Shown in pieces: positions 1-10,624 of a stretch of DNA of 61,163 nucleotides. Source of the stretch: Elsinoe ampelina (lineage: Eukaryota); contig ML992511.1 in assembly GCA_010093995.1 (NCBI GenBank), forward strand, positions 1 through 61,163, in the 5' to 3' direction. A program made the translations under genes and the position numbers. The stretch's first letter is position 1. Each line of letters opens with the position of its first letter. The notes under the pieces were generated by a model. That model searched no databases. It worked only from the letters and a program-made list of their open reading frames with translations, and was not told the DNA's origin.

Positions 1-119
1 TACTAGAGAAGATAGAGAACTAGGTAAACGTCGGGCTAGGTCACGTAATAACCCTAGTAGTTTAATTAGTCCTAGCGTCTCTACGCTTTAGCTGTTCTAC
101 TAGTTTGTAATAAGCTATT

Positions 120-445
120 ACTCTCTAAGAGATTCGTTACTACTAGAAGATAACTAAACTCCTTATATATAAGCTCCTCTTCTTCTATGTTGTTTATAAC
201 ATTACGTAAGATATTAAGTTAATACTTATAAGTAAAGATTTACGCTTTACGCTAGATACTATTAAGTGTCTCTAGGAAGTAAGTAAGGCAATACTAGTAG
301 AATATTTTAAAGGTATATTAACTATGTATTTAGAATATATAATACCTTATACTAACAACTATAGTAGACTATAATCTTAACGCTATCTATGCTAAGCGTT
401 ATACTATTATATAGAAAGACTCTTAGCTTACTAGGAAATATTATA
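120..445 (+). pseudogene. RIP-inactivated histone H3-like gene (histone fold) with one intron (313-367)
   Basis: Frame from 120 reads TL*EIRYY*KITKLLIYKLLFFYVVYNIT*DIKLILISKDLRFTLDTIKCL*EVSKAILVEYFK, then GT..ACTAAC..AG, then DYNLNAIYAKRYTII*KDS*LTRK. This aligns to H3 [49 protein letters not shown].QLAR, with the stops explicable by C->T/G->A changes. Confidence 0.88.
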
Positions 446-746
446 ATAAGTACTACCTACTTACTTTCTCTAATTAGTAAGACCTCTTCTCTATAATACT
501 ATAAGAATAGACTATAAGAAATAGATAGGTGTATTTTTACATAGACTAGACTATTAAATTTTCTTTCTATAGACTTATTATAATACTAAAGTATAGTATA
601 GTAACTATAGTCGCCTTAAAGCCTAACTAAGGCGTAGTACTATAACGTAGTATAATACTAGGATTTAACTCTAGTACTAATTCGGTGTAGTGCTATTATA
701 GTATAGTATAGCGCTATTATAGTGTAGTACTATTCTTACTTAACTA

Positions 747-799
747 CGGTGTAGTACTAGTACTAGTATAGCTCGGCGTAGTACTAGTACTAGTGCTAA
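747..799 (+). repeat. Two-copy 27-bp tandem repeat inside the RIP block
   Basis: cggtgtagtactagtactagtatagct followed by cggcgtagtactagtactagtgcta; related units at about 683-735. Confidence 0.6.
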
Positions 800-2066
800 T
801 ATAGTAGGGTACAGAGCTAGTGCTATTTAGTTTAGCACCGAGTGCCGACCTACTAAGAATAGCTCTATACTAGCACTAGAGTTAGCCTTTAGCCGCCCTA
901 ACCTCGCTCTAACAGTTATACTAAGATTAAGGTACTAGAGAGATAGCTAGTAATAGTAATAGCTAGTAATATGCTCTACCTCTTACTATGCTACTTTAGC
1001 TAGATATCTATATACTTCTTACTAATAGGCGCCTACCTATATCTCCTCTATACTATATACTTATTATAAGCTAACTTATTAATATAAATAATTCTATTAA
1101 CTAGCTAAAGCATATACCTTCGAGTCTAATTTGCCCTAAGTATTATATCTCTTTTAGCCACTACCTTCTTAGCTACCTTTCAAGACTACTACTAGCACTA
1201 GATTATATACTAGATTATACTTAAGTATATCTAGTAATTATATATCTCTCTTAAGAAGGCTTAAACTTTGTTAAGATAAGTAGTAGAGATATTATTTAGG
1301 TAAGCTATTACTTCCTTAGATAGGTTAGTATAGAAAGAGCTTAGCTATAAAGGACTTATATCTTCTAAGAAAGAGGTAAAAGTATAAGAGTATAGTATAT
1401 AAGCTTTAATAGAAGAATAAGAAGTACTAAAGAACTTAAGGGATAGTCGAATTTAGCGGATTATAGCTCTAGCTACCTTAGTAGTAGCATAAATAGCATA
1501 ATTAGTATACTCTTTAGTAAGTAAGAACTATATGTCTACTAGTTTTAATTTAGCTATCTAATAATTAACTATAACAGTAATAACCTAATTAGAGTAGTAT
1601 AGCGACTATTATACCTTTTTTTAGCTTCAATTTATCGATATTCTCTATGGACTTCTAGCTAGCCAAATTTAATAACGAGAGGTCGACGCGGAGTACAACA
1701 CGCCAAGCCCGGGGTGGCTCGGTTGAACTCAAAACGACTGTATTGTGGACGCGATATGTGGCCACGCAAAGCCCAAATACATGCAGGCCGTCAGGCATCA
1801 GCCTGATCTAGCAGTGTCGCCACGCAAATATGATAGTTGTCGTGTGCTCGCCTATCAAGATGGCACCAATCTCGAAGAATACCGCCTCGGAGACTTGTCT
1901 CCACCAACGGAGACAACCAGATAGTTAGCTCCACACTTTCACAGCTTGACATCCACATGGTCCGGCTGTATCGTACGATATGTCACTGAGGTCTTGAAGC
2001 GCTAGTATGAGCAAAAGCCCTCGGGTTGCCTAACAGGAGGTGGAACCATGCTGCCAAAGACTCTTA

Positions 2067-3242
2067 TTAGGGACTCTTCGATGGCCGTCTCCACTTGCCA
2101 TCGCCGGTCGCGCTCCATCCCTGGGCTGCAACAGCCAGGAAGCCTTCTTCTAATATCCGACGTATCGACTCGACAGCGTAGTCACCAGTGCTAAATTCCA
2201 CCAAGTTTGCCACCTCTCCAGCACTCAGTAAGTGTCGACAAAGCATCTGATATATCTGCTCCATCTCTCTCCAACAATCCGCCATGTCCGCTTTTCCGAC
2301 CACACTTGAATCATCGAGTACGCTCATGTTTGGACAAGGTGAGAAATGGAAATGCAGATGCTTGTAATGCGTCAACGACAATACATGCAGCTCGTCAACG
2401 TGCGAGCTGAACGGGAACAAGCAATGTAAGCGCATTGACTCTAGGTGCTCACTTCGTGGTAGGATTAAGCCTTGAAGGATCGTAGGGGGCTGACGGTGGA
2501 AGTACTCATAGATGCCGTAGGCCTGCAGCATGGAACCTTCCATTAGCTGTAGCTCTTTCCAAGGCCGGGCATTGAAGAGGTACTCCGTATCCCAGGCGGC
2601 ATTCTTCGGGTTCTCTGGTGCTTTCTTGAGGTAAGGACGATCGGGAGATTGGGACAGCTCGAGCATTTGCGTGCTCATGTCCTTAAAGGCCCATTCATCG
2701 CTCATGTTGGGAATCGTTGTGATGAGGTACCCTAGAATACTTACTGGCGCCACTATGGCAAGACGAGTCGGATCGACAGCCTCGAAAATGCGTCGCCAGA
2801 AACCAAACATGGTAATGATGTCGGTGGAGTGGCGGGCTGGATTCCTCAAGGCCTGGGAATTGGAGACTAGCAATTCGTCGATCTCGATGGCCAGACTATC
2901 GATCCTTATTGGTCCTTCACTTTGGTTCTCAGAACGGTGTGGAAGTTGTGTGAGGCTCTCGGCAGCATCGTTGATTGCAAGCCGGAAGCGGGTAGAGGTT
3001 GAGTAGTTTCCTGACACCCCTTCGCCCATGTAGAGGACCAAATGTGAAAAGAGATGTGGCTTTGCTATCACGCGCCACTGCTTGTTGAGTGAAGACAAAG
3101 ACTTCAGCGTGCCGTACTTTAGGCCTGTAGCTTTTCTTGGTGATAAAGGCAGTTGTGGTATTCGCATGTGGTTTGTTTCCGGGTCCATGTGAGCGACATG
3201 CTGGGCAATGACAAGCTTGATCTCGGTCGGGAGATCATCCAT
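2067..3242 (-). CDS. Putative F-box domain protein (391 aa)
   Basis: N-terminal LPTEIKLVIAQHV...LKSLSSLNKQWRVIAKPHLF fits the fungal F-box pattern; single long ORF. Confidence 0.7.
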   Translation of the reverse strand: MDDLPTEIKLVIAQHVAHMDPETNHMRIPQLPLSPRKATGLKYGTLKSLSSLNKQWRVIAKPHLFSHLVLYMGEGVSGNYSTSTRFRLAINDAAESLTQLPHRSENQSEGPIRIDSLAIEIDELLVSNSQALRNPARHSTDIITMFGFWRRIFEAVDPTRLAIVAPVSILGYLITTIPNMSDEWAFKDMSTQMLELSQSPDRPYLKKAPENPKNAAWDTEYLFNARPWKELQLMEGSMLQAYGIYEYFHRQPPTILQGLILPRSEHLESMRLHCLFPFSSHVDELHVLSLTHYKHLHFHFSPCPNMSVLDDSSVVGKADMADCWREMEQIYQMLCRHLLSAGEVANLVEFSTGDYAVESIRRILEEGFLAVAAQGWSATGDGKWRRPSKSP

Positions 3243-3501
3243 ATTTGCGGTCTATCGAGCTTCTTCTGAACTTCGATGTTAACATAGGTTCAACATTATC
3301 CGTCTCGTGCGTGCATTGCTTCCAGAACCACCCGAAATACACGTGAGAGATGCCTCATCGTGCCCCTCCCAAAAAGGCAAGATCAGCCGCCGCGAAAAGC
3401 TTCCCACTCCAGCAAGCTAAAAATTATCTTCAAGCTGCCATCACCACCGATTGCCATTCCCACACCATACAACCCACCTCTCACACTCCTAAACCACCAC
3501 A

Positions 3502-4239
3502 ATGGCCAAAGACAAATCCGAAAAGAAGGAAAAGAAGGAGAAGAAGTCCTCCAAGCTCGCCGACGACGGCGTCAAGAAGGACAAGAAAGACAAGAAAGAA
3601 AAGCGCAAATCTCTCGAGGCAGCGACAGCGACACTCAATGCGATCGAAGACGCCGCTCCAGGCGCAGTAGCAGTTGACGCAGACGGCGACATCATCGTCG
3701 ACGTAGAAGGGACGACGAAATTGGACCTCCCGACCGCAGCGCTGGTGCCGTTCGCGAACCCGCTCGCCGACGAGAAGAACGGGAAGAAGGTGCTCAAGAC
3801 AGTGAAGAAAGGTGGGTCCCACACGCGTGACACCTACCGAAAGGAACAGCGTACTGACATGTCCCCAGCCGCCAAAGCCAAATGCCTCAAGCGCGGCGTC
3901 AAAGAAGTCGTCAAAGCAGTCCGCAAAACCGCCCCGGGCCAGCCATCGACAATGAAGGATCTCCCGCCCGGAATCGTCGTTCTCGCGGCCGACATCTCGC
4001 CCATGGACGTCATCTCGCACATCCCTGTGCTCTGCGAAGACCACAATATCCCGTACGTCTTCCTGACGAGCAGAGCCGAGTTGGGCGCGGCGGGGAGCAC
4101 GAAGAGGCCGACGAGCGTGGTGATGGTCACGCCGAAGCAAGGCGGGGCGAAGAAGGTGGAGGAGGACGAGGAGTGGAAGGAGGCGTATGGGGAGTTCAAC
4201 AAGCTGGTGAATAAGTTGGGGCAGTATGTCAAGGTGTAG
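3502..4239 (+). CDS. NHP2: H/ACA snoRNP subunit 2 (L7Ae family); intron 3812-3868
   Basis: LKRGVKEVVKAVRK, VVLAADISPMDVISHIPVLCEDHNIPYVF and LGAAGSTKRPTS motifs; Lys-rich N-terminus; intron GTGGGT..ACTGAC..CAG. Confidence 0.95.
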   Translation: MAKDKSEKKEKKEKKSSKLADDGVKKDKKDKKEKRKSLEAATATLNAIEDAAPGAVAVDADGDIIVDVEGTTKLDLPTAALVPFANPLADEKNGKKVLKTVKKGGSHTRDTYRKEQRTDMSPAAKAKCLKRGVKEVVKAVRKTAPGQPSTMKDLPPGIVVLAADISPMDVISHIPVLCEDHNIPYVFLTSRAELGAAGSTKRPTSVVMVTPKQGGAKKVEEDEEWKEAYGEFNKLVNKLGQYVKV

Positions 4240-4535
4240 AAGGGGGGAGGAGCAGTATTTTTATGCTGGGAAAGGCGGTGATGATGGCGAGGACATTGTG
4301 CACGGCGTTCAGGAGCGGGAACACTTTCGATGCGTGATGTATGGGAAAATCATGCAGTGTGCTATACAGGGTCAAGCTACCTAGGGTATTTCCAGAGATC
4401 CAGGGGGGAGGTCTCAAAATGCACAAGACGTTGTCAAATGTTCGACGAGGGAAAAAACGCTGCAGAATGGGAAAGTGACGGTGAGGGCCGAAATCCACCG
4501 CGTACTGCCTCTCCAGACTAAGATCAGTGCTCACT

Positions 4536-5684
4536 TCACGCTCCGGCTGTCGCGTGGCCATTGACGGGCTCCTCCACTCGCATCTTCTCCAGAAGACCTC
4601 GAATGCCATCTGCTTTATCCCGCCCGTTCTCCATGTCGTCCAAAAGCGCCAGCGCTCGTTTCGTAAGTCCTCGTAGAATCTTTCGTGTGTATGCGAAGCT
4701 TCCTGTCCTCTCCATGTACGCCATGGCGTACCGCTTCACCTCGTCGTCTTTGGTCTTTTGCTTCAGGATGTTGATGAGCACAAGATTCTCGGGCTCAGTT
4801 CGTATGCTGTGAATGACTGGGAAACTGAATTTGCCTTCTGTGAGGTCTTCGCACAAACCCTTGTTCGCCGTATACGTGTCGTCACTCAAGTTCTTGTAGT
4901 CGTCCAGGATCTGGAATATGAGACCTATGCTGTTGACCAAAGGGACGCAGTCGATGCCGGTTTTGCTTTCCGCCTGCATCAATTTGACGGCTAATCGAAA
5001 AAGTCCACCGGTCTTGTTGCCAACCATTTCCAGATAATCATCTTCGCTTGGGCAGGTCAGGGTATCTCGCCAGAATAGATCCATGCCTTGTCCTCGGTGC
5101 AGGTTCAGCAGCTCCTCTGTGTAGATCTGAATGAGTACGGGATTGTTGAGCTTGAGCAGTTCTTGGAGCGCGACAAAGTACACATAGTTTGCCGAGTTGA
5201 TGGTCTGCGCAGTCCCAAAGATGTTGTGAGCGACCGGCACACCTCGTCGCAGTAGTGAATTATCCTCTACATCGTCTACTAAGAGCGAAGCCGTATGGAG
5301 CATGCCCACCACTTTTGTGATCACCGCAAGTGATTGATCAGGCACTTTGAGCCAGACATTGAATGAAGCGATCAATTGCGATCTGATATCCTTGCCCGGG
5401 TGTCCCAACATGTAGTCATAGGGTCCCAGTAGAATCTTGTCCTTTTCCCGTGACCAGTCCGCGGGTTGTTGCAGAATCTCGTTCGCTTGGGACGTATCTG
5501 TAGGTGATAGAGAACTTCCGATTGTACCGCTGGCTCTTTTCGTCTTCCTTTGCGAGATCCACTCGTCCTCTGTTATCGCCGGTCGTGAGATGCGCTGTGT
5601 CGAGTTCGCTAGGTTTGCGCCGTTCACAGCATTGTGGGAGCTCGTTCGAGGTGGTATCGTGCCAGGCATTGCGTCGGAAGCCAT
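4536..5684 (-). CDS. BTS1: Geranylgeranyl pyrophosphate synthase (BTS1/al-3 type)
   Basis: [29 protein letters not shown] (FARM), [24 protein letters not shown] (SARM), [11 protein letters not shown]. Confidence 0.95.
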   Translation of the reverse strand: MASDAMPGTIPPRTSSHNAVNGANLANSTQRISRPAITEDEWISQRKTKRASGTIGSSLSPTDTSQANEILQQPADWSREKDKILLGPYDYMLGHPGKDIRSQLIASFNVWLKVPDQSLAVITKVVGMLHTASLLVDDVEDNSLLRRGVPVAHNIFGTAQTINSANYVYFVALQELLKLNNPVLIQIYTEELLNLHRGQGMDLFWRDTLTCPSEDDYLEMVGNKTGGLFRLAVKLMQAESKTGIDCVPLVNSIGLIFQILDDYKNLSDDTYTANKGLCEDLTEGKFSFPVIHSIRTEPENLVLINILKQKTKDDEVKRYAMAYMERTGSFAYTRKILRGLTKRALALLDDMENGRDKADGIRGLLEKMRVEEPVNGHATAGA

Positions 5685-6696
5685 CGTAGAAGAAGGAGGG
5701 GGCGTGCCCAGGCAATTAAGGTCGAGTGGTCGGCCTTCAGCGGATGCGCCTTCGGGGAATGGACATCGACTTGAAACTTTGTGGTTACGCCTAATTTGGG
5801 ATGGAAGCTCAAGGCAGAAGTCACAAAACGAAGTTCATGACTGCGCCTCTTGACCGGACTTGCCTTGACGTAGAGACTATGCTACGTGCGAAAGGGACAG
5901 CTGTGGCCTAGAGGTCGTTGGGGAAGGAGGATCGGAGCTTGCAGGTTGGTGGGCTGTATTCGGTTCGTCTTGTACTTCAGCCCCAGATCAAATACCTCAT
6001 GCCATGTGATAAAAAGACGGTTGAAACTTGGCACACGCTTGTCCATGGCCAATCGATGCCCGGTTGCGGGCGGAATACGGCGAACGGGGCTTTGAGAGGT
6101 CCGAAGTAAATAAAAAGTGTCGCTCTATTGATACTTGATGTCGTAGCTTGGTCCATTGTTGTTACCATGCATGAGCACTGTGGCAGAGGGGATTACTGCT
6201 ACATGCTGATCTGTTTGTGTGTTTACTCGATGCCCAAAAGTGGAGCGGTGTAGGGCAGCTGCATCTCGCAGCTCAATTGCTCGACAGAATGGCCTCGTGA
6301 TCCAGATATGACAGCACACAGCCTACAAGACTTGTGTATGCTTTGCCTATTCCCCAGACATTTGTCCAAAATAGCACAATGCCTGAGACGGTGTATGCAA
6401 CTAGTTGATAGTATCGTTGTCAAAACAGCCACCAGGGACCAAATGGTTCACGACAATGGCTGCAGCAGTTCTTCGGGGATCGTCGGCTTTGGACAGTTGC
6501 CCGGGATACGGCCCCGTTGAAGATCTCCCAAGCTCGCAAAACGTCGAGAACAATCACTCGAACTCCGACTCTAACCTTGTCCGTCGACTGCTCTTCATTC
6601 ATCTTGTTCCCTTTTGTCTTCAAGGATATGGGTATTGGCGTTCGATTCATTCAATTATGAGGATAGTCCACGGCATCCAATTCAACCGCAAGCATC

Positions 6697-7613
6697 ATGG
6701 AATCACTCCTATCCCTGTCGTTTGACAATATTTCATCACGAGACATCAATAAGATCAGAAAAGGCTTGAGGCAGATTGAAGGGCTATTAGCACACATATG
6801 TCTGGCGGAAGATAAAAAGAGCAAGGCAAAGAAGCAGAAGCATACATCGACGGCGGGCAGAGCAGCGACACCAGGATGCTCGTTGAGTGATGTTGCGGCG
6901 GATCCAGCATTTCGGGAGTTTTTCAGATTACAGGAAGGTTTTGAGTGCAATGGTGAGCAGACTTCAAAAAGCTCGAGGGTTACCAGCTAATTCACCTGTA
7001 GTTGCGTCACGGCTAGTCGGATGCTTGGAGAGGTTACTAGGGATGCCAAACTGTAAGCCATGACTCTAAGGAACTTCTGTATGCATATGCTCACATCCAG
7101 TCAGATGACAACATAAATGCTGTCATTGTCTCAGCCCTGGATCTCTTACAAGGTGTCCTCTTGCTACATCCACCATCAAGAAGCTTATTTCGACAAGAGA
7201 TCCACATGAACGTCATTCTGGACCTTCTCGACGCTGGGAACCCTCCAGCTGTTCAATCTCAGGCGCTTCTGGTGCTCGTGTCTGCCTTGCTGGCCAATCC
7301 GGACAACACTCGGACGTTTGAGAGTCTCGACGGTCTCATGACTGTAGCCAGCTTGTTCAAGTCCAAGATAACAACCAAGGAGGTCAAGCTGAAGGCAGTC
7401 GAGTTTTTCTATTTCTATCTGTTGCCCGAGTCAGCACCAAAGTCATCCAAGGGCGGCAAATCTGCTGGTTCGTCGCTCGGCAGCAGCGATGGCAGAGTCC
7501 CGAAGACAAAGTCTACGGACGAGAAGCAGCTGATGTTGGGCAAGTACATGAACAACGTAGCCGAGCTGGTCGGGGATCTACAGGAGGCGGCGCCGTTCGA
7601 AATCTCATGTTGA
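6697..7613 (+). CDS. cdc14: Cell division control protein 14, SIN component (S. pombe Cdc14-like, not the phosphatase); introns 6953-7001 and 7053-7104
   Basis: MESLLSLSFDNISS..KIRKGLRQIEGLLAHIC, DPAFREFFRLQEGFECNV, LDLLQGVLLLHPPSR, NTRTFE, EFFYFYL; spliced frames join. Confidence 0.85.
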
Positions 7614-8395
7614 TGGGTTCGGCATCTGTAGGGTTTACTATCATTGGAGTTTGGCATAGCTGGCATGGGTGTGGAGTTCAGCCGCAGGACTTGGGATACC
7701 ACTTTTGATAACGGCCGGTTACGGAGTCGCGGGCATGCCCCAATTTGGGTGGGCCTGGAACGGATCGGGCTAGCTTTCTTCTATGTCACAATCAGGCAAT
7801 GTACGATTCCAGAAGCAAATAAAGCATTGTCTGCCGCCACACGACTTGACCTCGGGTAAGAGAGGTAGGGACGTGAGACCAAGTGACCTTGGACTCAAGT
7901 CGTGGGAGCTGATGAAACACTGCGACAAAGATGAAACAAATGCACTGCCTTGATCGCAACGACGACGCTCGTCACGAGCTCTCGTGCGCTAGAAAGCAAG
8001 ATGAGTCTCTGTGCTGGTCTCCAAAGTGCTTGCAGATGGTCCAAGCGCCTCTGTAAGCGCCGTGCCACAGAGCGTCGACGTCCTCTCAGCTTCCATTTCT
8101 TCACTTCCCAGCTGCACGTCTACGCGCTTTGTTGACACCCGTCGTCCATGACAATGGCATGGCGCGTAGAGGCAAGCCAATGCATCATGGGTCACCGCCT
8201 GATCGTAGAAGGTTTGTACCGCCATTTGTACCTTCGCGCCGCGTTCACTCGTTTCATCTCTGTTGTTTCAATTCTTCAAGTACATTTGCAAGTAGAGTCC
8301 GCTGGTCGGATCATTTGTGTCTTTTCGCCGTCGATATACATTCAATGTGTCTGCACATGCTTCTATGAGGAGTCGTCACCGGAAAGGATGAATTA

Positions 8396-10624
8396 ATGCA
8401 CGGACGAGGTGAGCAATCTGCCCGAGCAAGCTCTCACGCCACTGACACCTTGTCAGAGCAGACCACCAGTATGACTGCCCCTTTTGCCTCACGACGAGCT
8501 CTGCGGATACCAGTCCGGCAGACACAGAATTGCAAGAGAGATACGACCTCATTACCCAAACGACTCGATGACGTTGTCCCGACCTGTGCTGAACCTTGCC
8601 TCACATCATACATCAGTCAATACTGGGTACCTAGTGCATGCTCGAACTCGACCGACTTTGGATGCTTGTGCAGTCGGTACAGCAAATCTGGCTACACTGT
8701 GGGTGAGATAGCACTGGCATGCGTCTCAAGCAGCTGTCCACAGGCGGCGTCGGCTCAGGCTTCTCAACTGTACAACGTTTGTGAAAGGCAATCTGGCGCG
8801 GTATCAGCGACGCATACAGTCCTGACCGTGCTTGTATCGGCCACTCCTACATCAGCCACCACAACGACCAATTCCGGTCAACAGAGCGGTCCTACCACAT
8901 CACAATCTACTTCATCCCGACCGTCCACTTTTATCACCGCGACATCCAGTCCATCGATTACAGGAGTCATTCCAATCGTCACAAGCATTGCTCAACCACC
9001 GACAACACCAAGCCAGGTCTCAAGCAATCCGCAATCTGGAAGTGAACTCAGCTCTGGCCAGGCCATCGGGGTCACAGTTGGGGCATTCGGCGGCATCGGA
9101 CTGGCTGTGGGTCTGATCTTCTGCTGCATTTGCGCAAGGAGGAGAAAGTCTCAGAAAGTGAACGAGAAGAAGCACAAGAAGAGAGAGTCGTTGGACTTTG
9201 CCTGTGCAGAGACACCTCGCTTCTCACCTTTCCAGATGCGGTACGGAGATCTGCGAGGGCCGCTGGGTGGATCACACCAGCAGCGAGTCGAACTTGGAGA
9301 CCAGGGACAGCGAGGAAGCAACCGAATCACTCAATGGCTGGTACCCGGTGCAACAACGAGGACGAGGCACAGCAGGTCACTATCTCCAGCGAGCATCAAT
9401 AGTGACCGGACGGTGTCACAACTTTTGCCTGACAAGCCGACTACAGTTGCCCAAGCAGGTCCGCACTACAAGGGACAGAATGCACGACCATTCAGCGCTG
9501 AAACGCAAGGAACGGTCTTTGAAGAAGATCGATTACCGTGGAGTCCCGGTCTGCAGAAACCTGCGCCGATACAATTGAACTTCCGCTTCGGTCATAGAGC
9601 AGATCAGGCTGATATGCCTCATCAAATTATCCCAGCATCGACCAATTCTGGATCGGTATTTCCGGCTTTCCCAAAGGTCCCTCGACGGCAGTCAACTCGG
9701 AGTTCGAGGAGCATGAATTTGTCATTGACGATACCCAAACAGTCGTCGCTTGAGCAGTCTACTTCAAGAGAGGCGGACACGGCCAAGGAAGTCATAAGTC
9801 CCGGACAGAGTTCGGTACAGAACTACCAGACACCAATGACAACCAATCCTAACCAGTCTCTCTCAGCTGGCAGTGGCATGAGCTATCTACCATCCTACTA
9901 CACTTCGAAGGACAGTAGAACTCCGATTGTCCCTTTGAAGAGTCCTGCCAGACCACAAATACCACAACAGCAATTCAGAAGCCCTCCGCCTCAGAAACCA
10001 CTGCCCAGAGCTCCAGTGCCGAGACGACAACTCTCGAAAGCATCGGAGACGTCATTCGAGTCTGTTGATCCCAATGAAGTGACGCCGGATGAAGAGCTGG
10101 ATCGGCGCCTCAATGAAGGAGCGTCACCAATATCCGGGTTGAGGTATCCTAAGATACCACGTTCAGCGAATCAAGTGGTGCCTCGCTCGCCGACAGCGTC
10201 ACCACTGAAGAGAACACCGCCGAACCCACCGCATGGACTAGCAAGATCCGAGACAATCGCATCGAAGCGAAGAGGCCAAGAAGCCGCGACCGATATGCAG
10301 CGCCGACTGGGCCTGGCAGAGGCATTCTCCCCACAAGCGCCGGCTTCCACGCAAAGGAACAATCGAGACAGCTTCCTGTCCTACGAGACACCTGCAAGGA
10401 AGCCGATGCAAAGACCTACGAACCAGAACGCATATGTGACGCCACCACGGACGTCAAGCCAAACATACAAGGGTCACCGTCCGAGGTTGTCAGTCTTTCC
10501 AAACACAACGCCCACTCCGCCGAGGGGCAAGGAGATGATGCAGACGCCCTCACCTGCACGAGGGCCAAGACTGACGCCCACCAAGCGTGGAGACGAGCTG
10601 TTCCTGGCAGTGACACCAGCGTGA
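8396..10624 (+). CDS. CFEM-domain single-pass membrane protein with long disordered tail; probable in-frame intron 8409-8456; start uncertain
   Basis: Eight-Cys CFEM pattern PTCAEPCL..C..TDFGCLCS..ACVSSSC..C, Ser/Thr-rich linker, TM segment AIGVTVGAFGGIGLAVGLIFCCI followed by RRRK. Confidence 0.8.
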   Translation: MHGRGEQSARASSHATDTLSEQTTSMTAPFASRRALRIPVRQTQNCKRDTTSLPKRLDDVVPTCAEPCLTSYISQYWVPSACSNSTDFGCLCSRYSKSGYTVGEIALACVSSSCPQAASAQASQLYNVCERQSGAVSATHTVLTVLVSATPTSATTTTNSGQQSGPTTSQSTSSRPSTFITATSSPSITGVIPIVTSIAQPPTTPSQVSSNPQSGSELSSGQAIGVTVGAFGGIGLAVGLIFCCICARRRKSQKVNEKKHKKRESLDFACAETPRFSPFQMRYGDLRGPLGGSHQQRVELGDQGQRGSNRITQWLVPGATTRTRHSRSLSPASINSDRTVSQLLPDKPTTVAQAGPHYKGQNARPFSAETQGTVFEEDRLPWSPGLQKPAPIQLNFRFGHRADQADMPHQIIPASTNSGSVFPAFPKVPRRQSTRSSRSMNLSLTIPKQSSLEQSTSREADTAKEVISPGQSSVQNYQTPMTTNPNQSLSAGSGMSYLPSYYTSKDSRTPIVPLKSPARPQIPQQQFRSPPPQKPLPRAPVPRRQLSKASETSFESVDPNEVTPDEELDRRLNEGASPISGLRYPKIPRSANQVVPRSPTASPLKRTPPNPPHGLARSETIASKRRGQEAATDMQRRLGLAEAFSPQAPASTQRNNRDSFLSYETPARKPMQRPTNQNAYVTPPRTSSQTYKGHRPRLSVFPNTTPTPPRGKEMMQTPSPARGPRLTPTKRGDELFLAVTPA

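Larger units (their letters stand above)
1..1620. mobile_element. RIP-degraded repeat/transposon block (family unresolved), truncated by window start
   Basis: Very AT-rich, saturated in TpA (tag/taa/cta) and nearly lacking CpA/TpG; no ORF in the track; abrupt return to about 50% GC near 1620-1700. Confidence 0.85.

Noticed and set aside
683..800. Short repeated units resembling a CRISPR-like array
   Set aside because: Eukaryotic RIP-mutated tandem repeats with no unique spacers and no cas genes.
4536..5684. GGPP synthase as the core of a terpene/secondary-metabolite cluster
   Set aside because: No terpene cyclase, prenyltransferase, P450 or cluster regulator lies nearby. The neighbours are housekeeping genes, so this looks like the primary-metabolism enzyme.
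5700..6690. Short ORFs in intergenic regions (also 28750-30100 and 54400-55900)
   Set aside because: No recognisable domains or consistent splice structure; consistent with promoter/UTR sequence.
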